Source: Rubripirellula sp.
GTDB taxonomy: Bacteria; Planctomycetota; Planctomycetia; Pirellulales; Pirellulaceae
Direction: 5' to 3'
Assembly (NCBI GenBank): GCA_965216875.1
Contig: OZ244207.1
Coordinates: 7,968,001-8,032,000, forward strand
Length of the DNA: 64,000 nucleotides
A program made the translations under genes and the position numbers. Shown here in pieces: positions 1-8,973 of the stretch. The notes under the pieces are model-generated. The model saw only the letters and a list, made by a program, of their open reading frames with translations, ran no database searches and was not told the origin of the DNA. The stretch's first letter is position 1. Every line of letters starts with the position of its first letter.

Positions 1-42
1 AGTTTCGCCATACGGTCGGCAAGCGACTGTTGGTTTGGCGTT

Positions 43-2226
43 TCAGGGTCGTCGTTTGTTGGCGAGGGCATGGTTGATCTCTTCGTCGGAAAGCTGCTCG
101 ATCTCGCCAAGCAGCTCGTCCAACTCGGCTTCAGAAACATCGGATGATGGATCAGTCTTTTCGTTCACGCACAACTGATCTGCGATGAAGACGCTTAGGC
201 GGGAAACCGTTGGATGGTTCCAAGCCACGATGGGGGTCAATTCGATTCCCGACCAATCCTCGATTTCACCACTCATCTCGACCGCCGTTAGCGAGTCGAG
301 TCCGTAGTCGGCAAATGGTTTTTCCAAATCGACATCCGTCGGTGGCACGCCTGCGCGAACCACAAGCCATTCCGACATCCAGTTTTGGATCAATTCAGAA
401 ATCGCTTCTTTGTCGTCGGGCGTTGGGCTCTTGGGCAGGCTGGGAATGGCGATCGGCGTTTGCTCGCTTCCTACCGATCGATCGTAACGATGTTTGGCCT
501 TGATTCCGTCTGAATCAAACAATTCGCGACAACGACTTCGTTGCACTTTTCCGCTGCTCGTCAGGGGCACGGTGGCCTGTCGCACGAGCAAGATGTGACG
601 TGGATCGACTTCGTGGGTTTCGATCACGGTGCGACGAATCGAGCGAACCAATTCGGGAAGCGAATCGGCGTCGGTCCGGCGTGGCAATTCGGCCACGATC
701 GCAAGCGATTCGCCTAGTGTGCTGGTTACGGAAAACGCGGCGCATTGGCCACCATCGCTGCCGACCGTTTCGCGAACCGACTGTTCGATGTCTTGAGGAA
801 ACAGATTGCGGCCACGCAAGATGATCACATCTTTGATTCGGCCGGTGACGTAGAGTTCGCCGTCATGCAAGAAACCCAAGTCACCGCTGCGGTGGTAGCC
901 TTTTTCTCCGCCCGCGATTTCGGCTTCAAAACGTTCGTGGTTTTCTTCGTCACGACGCCAATAGCCCCGAGTGATGCTCGGGCCACGCAACCAAATCTCA
1001 CCCACGTGACGATCCGCGACGATCGTTCGCGTGCCAGGATCGACGATTTGCAATTCCGTTTGGTATGACGGTTGGCCACAGCAAACGAGTTCTTGATGCT
1101 CGCGACCACTCCGCCCAGAGGTTTCGATCTGAGGGTGACCTTCGCCGAGTGATTCTCGGTTCACGGTGAGCACCTTGGGCTCGGATGGGCCATCGCCGCC
1201 AGCGGCAAGCAGTGTTGCTTCGGCCAATCCGTAGCATGGGTAGAAGGACGACGCGGAAAAACCACATGATGAGAAGCGGTTTCCGAAATCGCGAAGCGTG
1301 CGCGACAGCACCGGTTCGGCACCACAAAAGGCAACACGCCAGTGATCCAGTTTCAGCTCGTCAGTCTGGTCGGGCGAGATCCGATCGACACAAAGCTGAT
1401 AGGCAAAATTAGGAGCGCCGCTGATCACGGCACCATAGTCGCTGATCGTCTGCAACCAACGCAAAGGTCGTTGCAAAAAGGCACGGGGGCTCATCAGTAC
1501 CGTGCGGCCACCGAGGTAAAGCGGTTCCAGGATACCGCCGACCAATCCCATGTCGTGAAAGAAAGGCAACCAGAAAACGCCGCATTCGGGCTCGGCATCG
1601 TCCTCGCAAAAATCAATCGCAAAACCTCGGCGAATTGATTCGAGGTTCGACATCATGTTGCGGTGGCTGACCATCACCCCTTTGGGATCGCTCGTGCTGC
1701 CGCTTGTGTATTGCAGCAGCGCAAGTTGCTCGGGATCGATCGACAGACTAGCGGGATCGAGTCCTTGATCGAGTTGGGAGGCATCCACGTCTGTCGCGAC
1801 AAGTGTCGCGTTGGCCGCTTGTTGACACAGTTTGCTTGGATCGATGCCATCGATGGTTGCTTGGTCACCCACGATCGCGGCCGGGTCACAATCCATCGCG
1901 GCCGAATCGAGACGCGGCATTTCACGTCCCGGTTTGGGATAACAGGTTGGCACGGGAATCCAGCCCGCGATCTGGCAGCCAAGGAAGCCGGCAAGGAACT
2001 CGATACCGGGCGGAAAGAGCATCAACGCCCGCGGTGAGGTCTCCTCGACCTGAGGCAGTCGCCTTGAGATCTCGCAAGCGCGTGACCAAAGCTCTTGGTA
2101 GGTCCAAGAGTGTTCTTGACCGTCATCGTCGATAAACGTGACGGCGATTCGATCGCCATGTCGCCGTGATCGTTGACCGAGCCACTGTGGCAACGTGGTC
2201 TGAGCGCACTCAGCGATGTCAGGCAT
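43..2226 (-). CDS. Fatty acyl-AMP ligase (FAAL) fused to C-terminal acyl carrier protein
   Basis: LQYTSGSTSDPKGV AMP-binding motif, CYGLAEATL, SGDLGF, LTSSGKVQR; ACP motif YGLDSL near C-terminus. Confidence 0.9.
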   Translation of the reverse strand: MPDIAECAQTTLPQWLGQRSRRHGDRIAVTFIDDDGQEHSWTYQELWSRACEISRRLPQVEETSPRALMLFPPGIEFLAGFLGCQIAGWIPVPTCYPKPGREMPRLDSAAMDCDPAAIVGDQATIDGIDPSKLCQQAANATLVATDVDASQLDQGLDPASLSIDPEQLALLQYTSGSTSDPKGVMVSHRNMMSNLESIRRGFAIDFCEDDAEPECGVFWLPFFHDMGLVGGILEPLYLGGRTVLMSPRAFLQRPLRWLQTISDYGAVISGAPNFAYQLCVDRISPDQTDELKLDHWRVAFCGAEPVLSRTLRDFGNRFSSCGFSASSFYPCYGLAEATLLAAGGDGPSEPKVLTVNRESLGEGHPQIETSGRSGREHQELVCCGQPSYQTELQIVDPGTRTIVADRHVGEIWLRGPSITRGYWRRDEENHERFEAEIAGGEKGYHRSGDLGFLHDGELYVTGRIKDVIILRGRNLFPQDIEQSVRETVGSDGGQCAAFSVTSTLGESLAIVAELPRRTDADSLPELVRSIRRTVIETHEVDPRHILLVRQATVPLTSSGKVQRSRCRELFDSDGIKAKHRYDRSVGSEQTPIAIPSLPKSPTPDDKEAISELIQNWMSEWLVVRAGVPPTDVDLEKPFADYGLDSLTAVEMSGEIEDWSGIELTPIVAWNHPTVSRLSVFIADQLCVNEKTDPSSDVSEAELDELLGEIEQLSDEEINHALANKRRP

Positions 2227-2487
2227 GCCGTTCGAATTCCCGTACGTGTTTTTTGCCCGATCTGTCGAGCGCTGGTCTGAACTTTACCGCTGCAGATATC
2301 GCCGCCCACTCCCGCGGGGAAACGGCGATACCGTCAACGTCTCGCAGCGGCCATTGGATGGCGACTGCATGTCGGGCAAGATCCTTCAGCCCAGGTGGGT
2401 GTCCGTCAAATCACACACGACACTCGGGTGACCAGCATATGGAATTTGCTGGTTCGATGTGTGTCTCGGACTCACGGACTACCTCAT

Positions 2488-2760
2488 TCATCGTCCGTGA
2501 CGCTTGCCGATGTGGTTGGCAAGTGATCGAGGAACAGGCAGGGCGGTACCGCGGTGGTACTTTCGACGCACCGTATTTCCGTAAAAGTGAAAGGGCCGGT
2601 AGGGCCGCATTTCAATCGGCGTTGCCTTGATTTGCTCGCGGTATTCACCAGTCGCAATCACGACGCACGACCAACCCGGCTCCTCAGCACGAGCATTTTC
2701 TACAGAAACGGTGGCAGCAAAACCGCAAAACAGCAGGGCCAGGCAAAGTTTTTTCATCAT
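2488..2760 (-). CDS. Small secreted hypothetical protein
   Basis: Signal peptide MMKKLCLALLFCGF...ARA; mature part with RPYRPFHFYGNTVRR. Confidence 0.7.
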   Translation of the reverse strand: MMKKLCLALLFCGFAATVSVENARAEEPGWSCVVIATGEYREQIKATPIEMRPYRPFHFYGNTVRRKYHRGTALPVPRSLANHIGKRHGR

Positions 2761-3232
2761 CGCTCGATTCCAAGTCGGGGCTGGATGCCGTCGGCACGAG
2801 GCCGTTTCGGCGTTGGAGGTGAGAGGGGACGACGTTGGCCTTCGAAAAACGGCTCAAATCCTCCCAAAACGACTCCTCCCGTAGCTCTCTCACGTCAGCT
2901 TTCCCCCCGGAACTCGTATTCCCGAACCCATATTCCCATGGTGCCCATCGCATGATGGGTATGCCCATGTTCCTTGTGGGTGCGCCTGTTTTCTGGCAGG
3001 TGTGCTCAAAATCGAGGGCTGCTAGCCCCTCTGCGGGACTGTTTGTGCGGTCGCGGCCAGCTGATTTCGCCTGCGGAATACAGAACCCAGATTGTATCCT
3101 GGAGCCTTTCAAATCGCGTGGATACGGGATCGCGGTCGTCAAGAATTCCCCGCGAGAGCCCGCATGATCGTTCCATCCGCGCGAGACTTACGTCCTTTTT
3201 GAATCGATTGCACGGAATTCCGGAGCAGCTTT

Positions 3233-4075
3233 GTGAATCGTTCCCACCGCAACCAAGCCGACGGCGGCCGTCGCCCGACTCGCCATCTGGGCAAATTGTC
3301 GAGTATCGGAATCGTTGCTGCGATCGTCCTTTACGCAGTTCTGCAGCCGGTGCTGAACGAGCGACTGAATCTGAACCTGCCGTCGGTTGCCGAGATCTCG
3401 GGCCAGTCCGAGTCGGATTCCGCTGGCGAGAAAGTGGTCGCGCAAACTGATTCGAATCGCGTGGATTCGAGTCGGGTCGAGGCGTCCGATTCGTCCAAGA
3501 AAACCAACGGCCCGCCCGCCGCCAACTCCGATCGGAAGACCCAATCGAAAAAGCAACCGAGTGAATCCAAGCCGAGAACTGCCAACGATCCGAAACCGGC
3601 AAGTTCCACGACCGATTCCTCCCAGGCTCGCGGTCCACCTGCCGAAACAAAGACCTCGGCCGATTCGAGCGATTCCGAATCGGAGTTGCTTTACGGATTG
3701 CTGAAAGAGGTTTCGCCCAAACGTTACTTGTCACCGGCGGGATTGATTTACGGTCCCGGCAGTCAGGAAGGCCATCGATTGGAGCATCTGCGTCGGCATA
3801 CCAAGGACATGCCAAGTCGCCGTGGCAAGCATGGTGTTTTTGACGGCGAGATGGAAGGAGCGCTGGCGACGATTGATAAAGCGTATGAGCGAGCCCAAAA
3901 AGGCCAGCGAACGACAAAGAGCGACGAGGGCGAGCGAACGGTTTATACCGTCGACATGGGCAACCGTGTCGGGTTCGTTGGCGGATCGGTTGGGAAACAA
4001 CAACGCAATCCGATGGCCAGACGCGTGAGAATCGTTGTTGAAGGCAGCAACGTGATCACTGCGTTTCCGTTGTAA
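3233..4075 (+). CDS. Membrane-anchored protein with low-complexity linker and C-terminal polymorphic-toxin-like (putative RNase) domain
   Basis: N-terminal TM (IGIVAAIVLYAVL), S/T/P/K-rich linker, C-terminal SPAGLIYG..GHRLEHLRRH..HGVF..VRIVVEGSNVITAFP. Confidence 0.65.
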   Translation: MNRSHRNQADGGRRPTRHLGKLSSIGIVAAIVLYAVLQPVLNERLNLNLPSVAEISGQSESDSAGEKVVAQTDSNRVDSSRVEASDSSKKTNGPPAANSDRKTQSKKQPSESKPRTANDPKPASSTTDSSQARGPPAETKTSADSSDSESELLYGLLKEVSPKRYLSPAGLIYGPGSQEGHRLEHLRRHTKDMPSRRGKHGVFDGEMEGALATIDKAYERAQKGQRTTKSDEGERTVYTVDMGNRVGFVGGSVGKQQRNPMARRVRIVVEGSNVITAFPL

Positions 4076-4103
4076 TCACCAAGGTGCAAAAAGAGACTGC
4101 AGC

Positions 4104-4415
4104 GTGAATCCGAATCATTGCATCGGTTACTGTCCCATTTGTGGCGGCGGGCTTTGCGGCGTTCGCCTTTGCTCAGGCGGTGACCCGTCGGACCCAACGA
4201 CGTCGACACCGCACGGCTTGGTGGTTTGTGATGAATGCGAGGCGATCTGGCTGGAGCCCAATCTGTCGAGCGAACATCAATACGCCAACCTCAGCGACGC
4301 GCGGTGCCCAATCTGCCAAGCGTCGCTATGGGGCCCCTCGAGTCACTGGGCAGATGCGTCCGAAGTGGAAACGCTCGGCTGGACAGGGCAAATCGACCCG
4401 AATCTGGATGGGTAG
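4104..4415 (+). CDS. Small Cys-rich (zinc-ribbon-like) protein
   Basis: CPIC, CDEC, CPIC motifs; starts 28 nt after the upstream gene. Confidence 0.7.
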   Translation: MNPNHCIGYCPICGGGLCGVRLCSGGDPSDPTTSTPHGLVVCDECEAIWLEPNLSSEHQYANLSDARCPICQASLWGPSSHWADASEVETLGWTGQIDPNLDG

Positions 4416-4434
4416 CCCATGCCCGGGAATCCTC

Positions 4435-4632
4435 GTGAGCCGAACGCGCTAGCGTCGGGCCTTACACACCTCCATGAGCTCGGCAAATCTCGAAAGGCCC
4501 GAAGCTAGCGCGACGCGGAGCGACCGAAGAGTGCGTTTCCAGGCAGAGAGGCTGCGATTTTTGGAGCCGGTCGTTCGTAGTACCGAGCTTTTGCCGGAAT
4601 CTTCAGGCTCTTCCGCCTAAAGGCGGGACTAC
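4435..4632. repeat. Composite REP-like cluster (GTGAGCCG family plus GTAGT family)
   Basis: GTGAGCCGAACGCGCTAGCGTCGGGCC 4435-4461; degenerate inverted mate ~4496-4520; GTTCGTAGTACCGAGCTTTTGCCGGAATC 4573-4601; CCGCCTAAAGGCGGGACTAC 4613-4632. Confidence 0.75.
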
Positions 4633-4660
4633 AAACTGGCAGTCCTGCGAACGACGATCC

Positions 4661-4906
4661 CTACCGGTAGATCTCGACAGCTTTGACGGTTGTGCAGGTT
4701 CCGTTGTGCACGACTTCGTCGCCTGGTTTGAGCTGCCGCACTTTGTTCCACCCGCCGCCAACGGGCCAGAGCGCGCGTTGCGGTTCGTTGGGATGCACGA
4801 CGACAAACCGTCCGTTGTTCAAGCAAACCATCAACGCCTCGCACGATTCAAGCGAGTCGTCGTTTAGTCGTTGCTCGATTTCAGGCGGCATTGGCGGATT
4901 GAACAT
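4661..4906 (-). CDS. Small hypothetical protein with Hint-domain-like segment
   Basis: ATG at 4906 inside the listed ORF; GWNKVRQLKPGDEV resembles the Hint W..A..L..GD pattern. Confidence 0.5.
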   Translation of the reverse strand: MFNPPMPPEIEQRLNDDSLESCEALMVCLNNGRFVVVHPNEPQRALWPVGGGWNKVRQLKPGDEVVHNGTCTTVKAVEIYR

Positions 4907-4987
4907 GCGGGCATGATCTGGCAGTCTTTTGACACGTTTGGTCACGACAATTCTACGACATCCTCGGCACAATCGGACAAACTTTCC

Positions 4988-5602
4988 GTGCTTACCCAGG
5001 TCGAACTGCCATCGACGGTTGACGAAATTCCGGTTCCAGCGGTCGTGCGCAAATGGATCGCCGAAGCGACGCAGCGCATTCAAGCGTTTCAGGACCGGTG
5101 GGACAAGCCGCAAATCGAACAGTTTGTTGCTGCGGATTATGAATTGGTCTACCAGTCACTTTGCTGGACGCTTCGCAATCAACCGCTGCTTGGGCGACGC
5201 TTTTTGGAATGGGGGTGCGGTTTTGCCGTCGTCAGCGCGCTCGCGTCGAGTCTTGATTTGGATGCGATTGGCATCGAAGCCGAGACCGAACTCTTGCGTC
5301 AAGGTCGGCAAACCATGTCTGGTTGGGATCTCGATCTCGAGCTGATCCATGGCAACTTTCTGCCGCGTGGCAGCGAGGATCTTGCTGACGATCCGATGTT
5401 GCCCAGCCTGGGGCACGATGTTCCTGACGCCTATGAAACGCTCGGTCTTGAGCTCGACGACTTTTCGATCGTCTATGCCTACCCTTGGCCGGGCGAAGAT
5501 GAATTTCACAGGCTGGTCTTTGACCAGCACGCCGACGTGGGCGCGCTGTTGATGCAATTCTGTGGTCCCTACGACATCAGGCTATGGCGCAAGGTCAGCT
5601 AG
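4988..5602 (+). CDS. Class I SAM-dependent methyltransferase-like protein
   Basis: FLEWGCGFAV motif I, GIEAE, GNFL, YAYPWPG; start uncertain (4913 or 4988). Confidence 0.8.
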   Translation: MLTQVELPSTVDEIPVPAVVRKWIAEATQRIQAFQDRWDKPQIEQFVAADYELVYQSLCWTLRNQPLLGRRFLEWGCGFAVVSALASSLDLDAIGIEAETELLRQGRQTMSGWDLDLELIHGNFLPRGSEDLADDPMLPSLGHDVPDAYETLGLELDDFSIVYAYPWPGEDEFHRLVFDQHADVGALLMQFCGPYDIRLWRKVS

Positions 5603-5625
5603 CCTGTGTGTGGTTTCGATCCGGA

Positions 5626-6087
5626 CTATTCGACTTCGAAGATCGCTTCGATCTCGACCGCGATGCTGCCGGGCAAGGCGTTGGTGCCAAGCGCGCTGCG
5701 GGCCGCGACGCCCGCATCTTCACCAAACACGTCCCGAAGCAATTCGCTGCATCCGTTGATGACGGCGGGTTGTTGATCAAAGCCTTCGGTGCATCGGACC
5801 AAACCGAGCAATTTCACTAGACGCTTGACCTTGTCGAGGCTACCGAGTTGGTTTTGAAGCGTCGAAAGCAATCCGAGCCCAGTGATTCGCGCGGCTTCGT
5901 ATCCCGCTTCGACATCCATGTCCAATCCCAGTCGACCTGTGATCAAAGTCTTGTCCGACTTCAGTGGGCCGTGACCGGAAAGGTACGCCATGTTGCCACT
6001 GATCACGATCGGTTTGTAAACGCCCATCGGTTTGGCGGCGGGCGGTAGTTCGATTCCGAGTTCTTTCAGTCGTGCTTCAGCACTCAT
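5626..6087 (-). CDS. RidA/YjgF family protein
   Basis: ELGIELP, YLSGHGP, INGCSELL, ARSALG, AVEIE. Confidence 0.9.
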   Translation of the reverse strand: MSAEARLKELGIELPPAAKPMGVYKPIVISGNMAYLSGHGPLKSDKTLITGRLGLDMDVEAGYEAARITGLGLLSTLQNQLGSLDKVKRLVKLLGLVRCTEGFDQQPAVINGCSELLRDVFGEDAGVAARSALGTNALPGSIAVEIEAIFEVE

Positions 6088-6236
6088 GGTCACGGCTCGC
6101 AAAAAGCAGGGTGGTGTTTAGGGTCAATTTGTGTGCATGAAGGATGCAAGTATTCGGGCCAATGAGCAAGGGGACGGGCCATTGGGCAAGGGGATGGGCA
6201 GCCGGAATCTTTTGGCGCATCGGCCAATTCGCGGGA

Positions 6237-7118
6237 CTACGAAGGGTTTTTCAGACGCCAATGCTTGACCAGTTGGCCAACCTGATCCAGCGCGTCGACG
6301 AGTCGTGGGCCTGGCCGGTTGAAATATGCCGAGCCATCGAAAACGTGGATCTCGTTTTCCAGAACGCATCGCAAGGAAGCGAACTGGCCGTTCGTTTTCA
6401 GACTCGTAAGTTCCTCTTGGCCGCGCTGCTGCGATAATCCACAGCAGGCGATGAGCAACATGTCGGGATCCGCTTGCACGAGCTGCGACATCTCGATGCG
6501 GCGCGAGGGGACTCCCGCCGTTCCGATCGGGTCGACCCCGCCAGCCCAATCAATCAATTGCGGTGTCCAATGTCCCGCCGAATAAAGCGGGTCGCTCCAT
6601 TCGAGCAACGTAACCTTTGGGATCGGATCGCCATCGGCATTGCGGCGAAGTGATGCGATACGGTCTTCGATTTTGCCAAAGGCTTCCAACGCTGCGCGGC
6701 GATTGCCGGTGGCTTGAATGATCTTCGTCGCGTCATTGAGCACACCGTCAAAGGTGTCGGCACTGAGGTCGAGGGTCGAGCAGTCCGGCATCGATCGTTC
6801 GACGCACCGGCGTATGTCAGATTCGTTCACGGCGCAAACGTTGCAGAGCGTTTGCGAGATGATCAAGTCGGGCTTTAAATCACAGAGGAGTTGCTCGTCA
6901 AAGTCGTAAAGTGACTCTCTTTGATCACTGTGTTGTTGAACGACTTGGTCGATCTCGCTGCATGATTGCGATGCGTCAATGCGCGATCGGGTCACCTTGG
7001 GTCGTCCTTGGACGCCCGTTGGAAAGTCGCATTCGTGCGAGACGCCGACAAGCTCATCTTGCATTCCGAGGGCACAGACCCACTCGGTCGCCGACGGCAA
7101 CAGTGAAACGATACGCAT
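6237..7118 (-). CDS. BtuF/TroA-like periplasmic binding protein (cobalamin/iron-siderophore type)
   Basis: MRIVSLLPSATE, VGVSHECDFP, FNRPGPRL. Confidence 0.85.
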   Translation of the reverse strand: MRIVSLLPSATEWVCALGMQDELVGVSHECDFPTGVQGRPKVTRSRIDASQSCSEIDQVVQQHSDQRESLYDFDEQLLCDLKPDLIISQTLCNVCAVNESDIRRCVERSMPDCSTLDLSADTFDGVLNDATKIIQATGNRRAALEAFGKIEDRIASLRRNADGDPIPKVTLLEWSDPLYSAGHWTPQLIDWAGGVDPIGTAGVPSRRIEMSQLVQADPDMLLIACCGLSQQRGQEELTSLKTNGQFASLRCVLENEIHVFDGSAYFNRPGPRLVDALDQVGQLVKHWRLKNPS

Positions 7119-7310
7119 AGGTTTTGTAGGCAGGGTTGAGATGATTGGCTCAATCGTCGCAGGCGGAACGACCGGAATGATGGGATCACTTCACGCAGAT
7201 GTGATGTTTTACGACGAGGATGCCGAAATCAAAACCACGGCGCCAAGTTTGTCGCCTTCAACACTCGGCGTCACCCTCCCGCGACGCTCCCAGACGGAGA
7301 ACCCAAGTCG

Positions 7311-7898
7311 ATGACACAAGCCGCGAAAATGTCAGTGGTCTTGCCGGTCCGAAACGGACAGCATGAAATCTCAAGACGTGTCGAACAGGTCCTCGAGGCA
7401 CTTACCGATCTTTCTCGCGAAGCATCGGAAGTTGTCGTTGTCGATGACGGTAGTCAAGACGCGACGCCCGAAGTGTTGGACGAGTTGGCAATGCAGTATC
7501 CACAGATTCGAGTGGTGCGACACAATCGCCCACGGGGCATGGAAGCTGCAGGACAAACGGGCCTCGAGCGAGCGACTGGCGAATTGGTCTTCATTCAGGA
7601 ATCCGATACTTTCGTTCGCATCGAAGACATGCGGCGACTGTACCGAATGAGCGAAGACAAGTCGGTGGTGGCAGCACGGGCCGAGAGTGTGCCGCGTCCG
7701 CTTTCGGGGGCGTTGCTTCGACGATTGCGTGCTTGGGGCACAGGCACGGAAAAACAGATCGAAGCGCAAGAAGCGGGGCAAAAGTCGAGCATTCAAATGA
7801 TACGACGACCGCACTTGCAACGATTGGCCGCTCCCGGCGGCGAAAACTATCGTCTGCAGGGCGAAACACTTCATTCGACGACCGTCGAGTCTGCTTGA
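7311..7898 (+). CDS. Glycosyltransferase family 2-like protein (short, degenerate DxD)
   Basis: SVVLPVRN, VVVDDGSQDAT, NRPRG. Confidence 0.8.
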   Translation: MTQAAKMSVVLPVRNGQHEISRRVEQVLEALTDLSREASEVVVVDDGSQDATPEVLDELAMQYPQIRVVRHNRPRGMEAAGQTGLERATGELVFIQESDTFVRIEDMRRLYRMSEDKSVVAARAESVPRPLSGALLRRLRAWGTGTEKQIEAQEAGQKSSIQMIRRPHLQRLAAPGGENYRLQGETLHSTTVESA

Positions 7899-7905
7899 TC
7901 AGACC

Positions 7906-8973
7906 CTACTCGTTGAATATTTCACGCAGCTTAGACGACCATCCCTCCCAGTCGTCGGCTGCTTTTTCAAAGTTGACCCGCATCCAGCGCACCGGTTCCT
8001 CAGGTAAGACGCGGGGCGGGAATTTGCTTTGACGACTGATTGGCAATTGGCTGCTCTCCCCCATTGCCAATCGGTCTTCTATATCAGGGCGAATCAAGAA
8101 ATTGCCCAACCTGCGGGCTGCGACCGAATGCGGCGCCCCTTTCAAGACAGCGACCGTATTGGGGATTCGCAGCGTTCCCGGTTGGTCTGGCATTTGATCG
8201 GGAAAGATGATCTCCACCGGCAGTCCCGCTTCCTTTTCGATGATCGCATCGTCGGTGTCGGTCAGCCCCCATGCCACTTGCCCCGAGGAAACCGCCCGAG
8301 CGACTTGTTTGTTTCCGGAAAGTACCACGGCGTTGGAACGGATCTGATTGAGAAAGTCGATCGTTTCGTCGTGTCCGTTCGTCTCTCGTAGCACTGCAAA
8401 GTGGGTCGCCGTCGTTCCGAATAACGGCCGCGCCATCGCACAGTTTTCTTTCCATTTGGAATCGGCAAGTTCCGAAACCGATTGCGGGTACTCCTCCTCG
8501 TTTGCGATCCGTTCCGTGTTGACGATCAGCACGCGTGCGCGGGCGGCAAACCCGCACCATGTTCCATCGCTCGCAATCATGTCGGCGGGCCAGCCCGCTT
8601 CGACGTTCCAATCGATCGGCTCAAGTAGGCCGAGCTTTTGCAAGCGAACGGTGTGCATGATTTCGTTATTCCAAAAGACGTCGCAAACGGGTGCGTCTTT
8701 CTCGGCAATGATCCTGCTGACCAAACCCACGGTCTTGGTCGATTCAACATCAAACTTGGGGACCACGCGAGTTTCGTTCTTTTGGTCCCGCTCAAAGGCG
8801 TTGAGAATCGGTTCTGCGAACTCCTGGTCGAGTGCCGAGTAGACCACAACGTCCGATTCCAACGATTGCGTACAGCCCGCGGAGAAGACGGTCGCAAGCA
8901 CCGCGCTGAATACAACCAACAGCTCAAGCCGACCGTGGGACTTCGCGTTAGAATGGTGGGATGTATCGAACAC
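7906..8973 (-). CDS. Extracellular solute-binding lipoprotein (Fe3+/AfuA-like)
   Basis: Lipobox-like FSAGC, VVVYSALD, CDVFWNNE, GLTDTDD; start uncertain. Confidence 0.85.
   Translation of the reverse strand: MFDTSHHSNAKSHGRLELLVVFSAVLATVFSAGCTQSLESDVVVYSALDQEFAEPILNAFERDQKNETRVVPKFDVESTKTVGLVSRIIAEKDAPVCDVFWNNEIMHTVRLQKLGLLEPIDWNVEAGWPADMIASDGTWCGFAARARVLIVNTERIANEEEYPQSVSELADSKWKENCAMARPLFGTTATHFAVLRETNGHDETIDFLNQIRSNAVVLSGNKQVARAVSSGQVAWGLTDTDDAIIEKEAGLPVEIIFPDQMPDQPGTLRIPNTVAVLKGAPHSVAARRLGNFLIRPDIEDRLAMGESSQLPISRQSKFPPRVLPEEPVRWMRVNFEKAADDWEGWSSKLREIFNE

Noticed and set aside
3006..3917. 303-aa minus-strand ORF
   Set aside because: Arg/Ser-rich shadow of the 3233-4075 gene
8961..8973. 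Head-to-head overlap of two divergent genes
   Set aside because: Most likely a start-codon miscall in one gene; cannot be resolved from sequence
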